Below are positions 7,358 through 11,677 of a stretch of DNA of 11,677 bases, piece after piece (positions within the stretch are counted from its first letter, which is position 1; every line of letters starts with the position of its first letter). The stretch is from positions 1 to 11,677 of the forward strand of contig CAXTTL010000152.1 in the NCBI GenBank assembly GCA_964247135.1, written 5' to 3'. Under the pieces are notes generated by a model that was not told the DNA's origin, did not search any database, and worked only from the letters and a program-made list of their open reading frames with translations. The stretch comes from an uncultured Deinococcales bacterium (GTDB taxonomy: Bacteria > Deinococcota > Deinococci > Deinococcales > JAAFIG01). Position numbers and translations under genes: made by a program.

Positions 7358-8092
7358 ATGGCAATAGACCTGATGCTGATTGTGGCGCACCCCGACGACG
7401 AATGCTACGGCACTGGCGGCACCTTCGCCGAATATGCCGCCAACGGCAAAGAGACCGCCCTCATCACCCTGACAAGGGGCAAATCGGGACGCTCCTTGGA
7501 GCTTTGCCTCCCAGAGGACCTGCCAGAGTTTCGCGCTCAAGAATTGCTCCAGAGCGTCAAACACCTCGGCATCAAGCACTTCTCGCATTACGAATACCCA
7601 GATGCCGCCCCCGTGTCTCGAAGTGAACAGTACGTCACCAGCATCCCAGGCACGTTCGTTGGCGGTTTACAAGACGTTCCGAGAGATGAAGTCGTGGCGA
7701 GGGTGACCCGAGAACTCGAGACGCTGCGCCCCAAAGTCTTGATGGGCTTCGCGCCAGACGGTGGCAACCGTCACCCAGACCACATCGCCAGCCACCAGAT
7801 CATGATGGCGGCATTAAAAAATACCGATTTGCTTGAGACTGGCACGCGGCTTTACTACTTTGCCTCGCCGACGTTAATGAACCCCGACTGGGCGGATACC
7901 TTTGTGCCAGCCACGCATCACCGCGATGTCCGCGATTACCTGCCGCAAAAACTTCGCGCCATTGCTTCGCACAGAACCCAGGCGCTGTCCACCGTTGGCT
8001 TTCTCTCAAGAATGGCAGAACGGATTGTGACCGAGACGTTCAGGCGCGTGCATCCCGTTTGGGACGTTGATGATCGCGGTTCGGAGTTGTAA
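7358..8092 (+). CDS. PIG-L/LmbE family N-acetylglucosaminyl deacetylase (BshB/MshB-like)
   Basis: Zn-binding motifs AHPDDE and HPDH, plus LTRGKSG and KLRAIASHRTQ. ATG 7358 lies 7 nt after TATCGT. Substrate cannot be determined from sequence alone. Confidence 0.88.
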   Translation: MAIDLMLIVAHPDDECYGTGGTFAEYAANGKETALITLTRGKSGRSLELCLPEDLPEFRAQELLQSVKHLGIKHFSHYEYPDAAPVSRSEQYVTSIPGTFVGGLQDVPRDEVVARVTRELETLRPKVLMGFAPDGGNRHPDHIASHQIMMAALKNTDLLETGTRLYYFASPTLMNPDWADTFVPATHHRDVRDYLPQKLRAIASHRTQALSTVGFLSRMAERIVTETFRRVHPVWDVDDRGSEL

Positions 8093-8244
8093 TTTATTTC
8101 GGGCTTTTGTCACTCCTTACCCCACACCACTTGAGGTGCGGAGGTCGGTTTAAACAAACCCAGAGAATTATCGGGGTGTCACTGTTCAGGCTGCCAGACG
8201 CCAAGTTCGCTGTTGAGAGATTGAACCCAAGCGTGATCGGTGTC

Positions 8245-9165
8245 CTATAAAGCCCTGGACAGGTGGTGCTCGGCGGCAGTAAGTTCCTTTCCCGCAGCAC
8301 GAACCATTCCCAGGAAAGCTGTCGTTATGGGTGCGCAATCCATCCGCGCCCATGCGGCAGCCAGTTCGACCTCGACCGATGGTCCCTCCAAAAAGCGGTA
8401 TTCGATGCCATCGCTGGGAGCCTTGCGCTGACTCGAGGATACCAACGCCAACCCCATACCCGCCGCGACGAGACCCACCACGGCTCCTTCCGTCGCCACT
8501 TCCTGCGTGACCCGGGGTGAAAAGCCAGCCGAGCGGCATAGACCTGTGATTGCGTCGTAAACGCTTGGCTTGATGGCTCGTTGGTAGAGCACAAAGTGTT
8601 CGTCTGCGGCAGCTCGCAATGGAACGCGGGTCAGCTTGGTGAGGGCATGACCTTTGGGCAAGGCGATGATCAGGGGTTCGCGCAGAACGATCTCCATCGA
8701 AAGGGCGGGGTTGCTCACGGGAGGGCATAACAAACCCACCCGCACGTTTCCCTCATTGAGGGCTGCTTCGACCTCTGGAGAACTCAGCTCGTGCAGTTTC
8801 AGCTCCACGTCTGGGTAGCGTTCGCGGAAGCGGCGCACGGTCGGAGGCAAGACGTTGTGCAAGGTTCCAGACGCGTATCCCACACTGAGCTGACCCACCT
8901 CGCCTCGAGCTGTCCGCTGAGCCGCCTCAGCCGCGTCCGCCGTGTGCTGCAAAATTGACCGAACTTCTTTTAAATACACTTGTCCCGCCTCCGTCAGCTC
9001 GACCTTGCGCGAGGTGCGCTCGAACAACCGCACGCCGAGGCTATCTTCCAATCGCTTGATGGCTGCGCTGAGCGGCTGCTGGGCGAGATGGAGTCGCTCT
9101 GCAGCCCGCCCGAAGTGAAGTTCCTCGGCGACGGCAACGAAGTAACGCATCAGGCGGTGATCCAT
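8245..9165 (-). CDS. LysR family transcriptional regulator (BenM/HcaR-like)
   Basis: N-terminal HTH YFVAVAEELHFGRAAERLHLAQQPLSAAIKRLEDSLGVRLFERTSR; substrate-binding domain with LVAAGMGLALV. Divergent from an oxidoreductase gene. Confidence 0.95.
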   Translation of the reverse strand: MDHRLMRYFVAVAEELHFGRAAERLHLAQQPLSAAIKRLEDSLGVRLFERTSRKVELTEAGQVYLKEVRSILQHTADAAEAAQRTARGEVGQLSVGYASGTLHNVLPPTVRRFRERYPDVELKLHELSSPEVEAALNEGNVRVGLLCPPVSNPALSMEIVLREPLIIALPKGHALTKLTRVPLRAAADEHFVLYQRAIKPSVYDAITGLCRSAGFSPRVTQEVATEGAVVGLVAAGMGLALVSSSQRKAPSDGIEYRFLEGPSVEVELAAAWARMDCAPITTAFLGMVRAAGKELTAAEHHLSRAL

Positions 9166-9225
9166 GAGGTTCTTTGTAGCACGATCATGCAGGTTTTAAG
9201 TGTCAGTTGGATTTCAAAGAAGTGT

Positions 9226-9254
9226 TGGACGCGGGTCATTCCCGATCCTATACT
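9226..9254 (+). promoter_or_regulatory. Putative sigma70 promoter of the oxidoreductase gene (TGGACG-17 nt-TATACT)
   Basis: TGGACG at 9226-9231 and TATACT at 9249-9254 with a 17-nt spacer, in the LysR-divergent intergenic region. Confidence 0.5.
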
Positions 9255-9389
9255 CATCTCATCACGCGGCGCGTGTCGGACGGACACAAATGGCGAACTG
9301 AAGTTCGACCGAAGCTCTTGTGTTGTTGTATATCCACAATGTTTAAGGCGTCGAGGGCAACCAATCCAGTCATCCAAAAAGGAGATTTC

Positions 9390-10382
9390 ATGCAGACCAT
9401 ATCCATCCCACGTTTTGGCACACCTGAGGTTTTGCAGGCGCTCGACAGACCCAGCCCTCATCCTGGTCCAAACGAGGTCACCATTGACGTCGCATACGCG
9501 GGTGTGAACTACGCCGAGATTTTGTTCCGAAAAGGTGTGATAGCGGATTTGCCCTTGCCCTTCACGCCTGGTATCGAGGTGTCTGGGTACGTGCGTGAGC
9601 TGGGGACAGGTGTCGGCGGGTTCGAAGTTGGTCAGCGGGTCGCGGCGCTCAGCATTGTGAACGGGGGTGGCTACGCGCAGACCGTCACCGTGCCCGCTGC
9701 GTTGACCGTACCGCTCCCGCAAAGCTTGCCGCTCGAGGTGGCGGCGGCGTTCCCGTCCAACACCACAACGGCATACCTGGTCTGGCACGAACTCGCCCAT
9801 CTGAGAGCAGGAGAGGCGGTGGTCGTCCACGCCGCTGCGGGTGGCGTCGGTGGCGTGCTCGGTCAGATGGCGCGTGCGCTGAAGGCTGGCAGGGTCATCG
9901 GCACGGTCGGAAGCGCCACCAAGATCGAGTACGCCAGGTCTTTGGGTTTTGACGAGGTGGTTCTTGCGGATGGTTTCGAGGCAAGCATAGGGCAGCTCAC
10001 AAATGGGCGCGGCGTCGATGTCGTGGTCGATCAGGTGGGCGGCACCGCCAGACAGGGCAGCTTGAACTTGCTGCGCCCCCTGGGACGCCTGGTGGTGATG
10101 GGTAACGCGAGTGACGCCGAAGACGTTCCAGTCTCACCGCTGACATTATGGTTCTCGAGCAAGTCCGTGCTGGGATTCAACTTGCAACTCCTCAGTGCGA
10201 CATATCCTGAGTTGGTTGGGCAGTCCATGCGAGCAGCCTTGGGTCACGTCCAGAGCGGTCAGGTGCGGGTGGACGTGACGCGCGTGCTGCCCCTGTCTGA
10301 GGCAGCCGAGGCGCACCGCCTCATCGAGGCGCGTGCGACGAAGGGCAAACTCGTTCTGCGGGTCGGCGGCGAACAGTCATGA
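9390..10382 (+). CDS. NADPH:quinone oxidoreductase-like protein (MDR superfamily, zeta-crystallin type)
   Basis: Motifs FGTPEVL, AGVNYAE, PFTPGIEVSG, HAAAGGVG (nucleotide binding), GRGVDVVVD and AHRLIEAR..KGKLVL. Lacks Zn-binding cysteines. Strong SD AAGGAGA precedes ATG 9390. Confidence 0.92.
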   Translation: MQTISIPRFGTPEVLQALDRPSPHPGPNEVTIDVAYAGVNYAEILFRKGVIADLPLPFTPGIEVSGYVRELGTGVGGFEVGQRVAALSIVNGGGYAQTVTVPAALTVPLPQSLPLEVAAAFPSNTTTAYLVWHELAHLRAGEAVVVHAAAGGVGGVLGQMARALKAGRVIGTVGSATKIEYARSLGFDEVVLADGFEASIGQLTNGRGVDVVVDQVGGTARQGSLNLLRPLGRLVVMGNASDAEDVPVSPLTLWFSSKSVLGFNLQLLSATYPELVGQSMRAALGHVQSGQVRVDVTRVLPLSEAAEAHRLIEARATKGKLVLRVGGEQS

Positions 10383-10572
10383 GCAATGAAAATGGTCAGG
10401 GTTTTGACGGTGGCTTCCGAAGCATAAAATCATTTGACTCGAGTTGAACCCGAATCAAGGTTTATTCACAACTCCAACGCAACTTGAGCGTCATTGCGCG
10501 TTTGTGGTGGTCTTGCGTGTGCCTAGACAAGACCAACGAACCCTCAACACAGATCACGGTATCCTAAAATCA

Positions 10573-11677
10573 ATGAGCAACGCCAAAACTTTCCCAACCG
10601 AACTCGAGATTCAACCCCTCGAGCGTCCAATCAATGCCACCGTCACACCGCCAGGTTCCAAGTCGTACACCAACCGCGCCCTGCCGATAGCGGCACTGGC
10701 GAACGGCACTAGCTCGCTGACGGGCGCATTGTTTTCCGATGACACGCATTACATGACCAAAGCGCTGCTCGAGCTTGGTTTTGAAATCTCGAGTGATGAA
10801 GAAAAAAACACTTTTTCCGTCAAAGGTACAAACGGTCGTATTCCTCGAGATTCTGCTCAAGTTTTTATTGGAAACTCTGGCACGACGGCGCGTTTCTTAA
10901 CGCCACTGATGGCGCTCGGACACGGCACGTTCGAGCTTGATGGTGTGCCAGCCATGCAAAAACGCCCGATTCAACCGCTTTTAGATGCGTTAAGTACTTT
11001 GGGCGCTCGAGCCTCGAGCATTCATGGCACGGGTTGCCCACCGATTCGGATTGAAGCCAGCGGCTTGCGCGGCGGCACAGTCAAAATGCGCGGCGACCTG
11101 ACCAGCCAAGTTTTCAGCGCCCTGCTGATGAGCGCCCCGTATTTTGAAAACGGCATCACGCTCGAGGTGGACGGCGAACTTGTCTCCAAACCGTACCTCG
11201 AGGTCACGGCGCAAACCATGAAGGCGTTCGGGGTTGATCTCGAGATTCAAAATTTCGAGCGCTTTATTGTGAAGCCTGGCGAGTACATTGCCACCAATTA
11301 TGCCGTCGAACCTGACGCCAGCGCCGCCAGTTATTTCTTTGCCGCCGCCGCCATCACCGCTGGGCGCGTGGTCGTGCCAGGACTTGGAAAAAACAGTCTG
11401 CAAGGCGACTTAAACTTTGTGCGCGTGCTCGAGCAGATGGGTTGCACGGTCAACCAAACCGAAACGCAAACCGAAGTGATCGGCACAACCAACCTGCGCG
11501 GCGTCGAAATTGACATGAGCCAAATCTCCGATACCGCCCAAACCTTGGCTGCCGTGGCGCCGTTCGCCTCGAGTCCCACCCGCATCACGGGCATTGGCTT
11601 TATTCGCCGCAAAGAAACAGACCGCGTTGGCGCTGTGGTGCGCGAATTGCAACACCTGGGCATCAATGCCATCGAAG
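10573..11677 (+). CDS. aroA: 3-phosphoshikimate 1-carboxyvinyltransferase (EPSP synthase), 3'-truncated by window
   Basis: Hand translation from ATG 10573: MSNAKTFPTELEIQPL...PPGSKSYTNRAL...SDDT...GNSGTTARF...KRPI...TSQVFSALL...SKPYLEVT...VEPDASAASYF...SLQGD...RRKETDR. Absent from the ORF track because there is no stop in the window. Confidence 0.96.
   Translation, partial: MSNAKTFPTELEIQPLERPINATVTPPGSKSYTNRALPIAALANGTSSLTGALFSDDTHYMTKALLELGFEISSDEEKNTFSVKGTNGRIPRDSAQVFIGNSGTTARFLTPLMALGHGTFELDGVPAMQKRPIQPLLDALSTLGARASSIHGTGCPPIRIEASGLRGGTVKMRGDLTSQVFSALLMSAPYFENGITLEVDGELVSKPYLEVTAQTMKAFGVDLEIQNFERFIVKPGEYIATNYAVEPDASAASYFFAAAAITAGRVVVPGLGKNSLQGDLNFVRVLEQMGCTVNQTETQTEVIGTTNLRGVEIDMSQISDTAQTLAAVAPFASSPTRITGIGFIRRKETDRVGAVVRELQHLGINAIE

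Larger units (their letters stand above)
55..11573. repeat. Dispersed, highly iterated palindrome CTCGAG (about 69 copies)
   Basis: Hand count, first copy at 55 and last at 11568. Present in all ten host genes or gene fragments and in intergenic DNA (430, 2621, 3277, 10438). Confidence 0.9.

Noticed and set aside
466-8092. Functional link between lpxC/lpxD and the PIG-L deacetylase or GNAT as one amino-sugar pathway
   Set aside because: They are separated by unrelated genes, lie in different transcription units, and the sequence shows no evidence of coupling.
9326-9339. TTGT-N6-ACAA palindrome containing a near DnaA box (ATATCCACA)
   Set aside because: A single mismatched box with 4-bp arms and no origin context; consistent with chance.
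9207-9389. 61-aa N-terminal extension of the oxidoreductase ORF
   Set aside because: It spans the promoter region. The MDR fold and a strong SD point to ATG 9390.
10870-10896. AroA GNSGTTARF motif (Phe at the E. coli Pro101-equivalent position) as evidence of special glyphosate resistance
   Set aside because: RF at this position is common in natural EPSP synthases; phenotype cannot be inferred from it.

Overview
This is an 11.7 kb bacterial chromosomal window. Deinococcota origin is inferred from protein types and promoter style, not proven. In order it holds: the 3' end of a probable SpoIVB/S55 peptidase-domain gene; lpxD and lpxC (+); a GTAG-type REP doublet; and four minus-strand genes (a four-GAF histidine kinase, a PaiA-like GNAT, a standalone DEDDh 3'-5' exonuclease and a YuiH-like molybdopterin oxidoreductase). 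These are followed by a PIG-L/BshB-like deacetylase (+), a divergent LysR and quinone-oxidoreductase pair that looks horizontally acquired, and the 5' part of aroA (+, missing from the ORF track). The strongest unexplained signal is the palindrome CTCGAG. I counted about 69 copies by hand against roughly 3-4 expected, in all reading frames and in intergenic DNA, with a dip across the putative acquired segment. Also notable are an lpxD-lpxC pair with no adjacent lpxA/fabZ/lpxB, a REP whose loop carries a nested hairpin insert, and leaderless-type TANNNT boxes 5-7 nt before five start codons.
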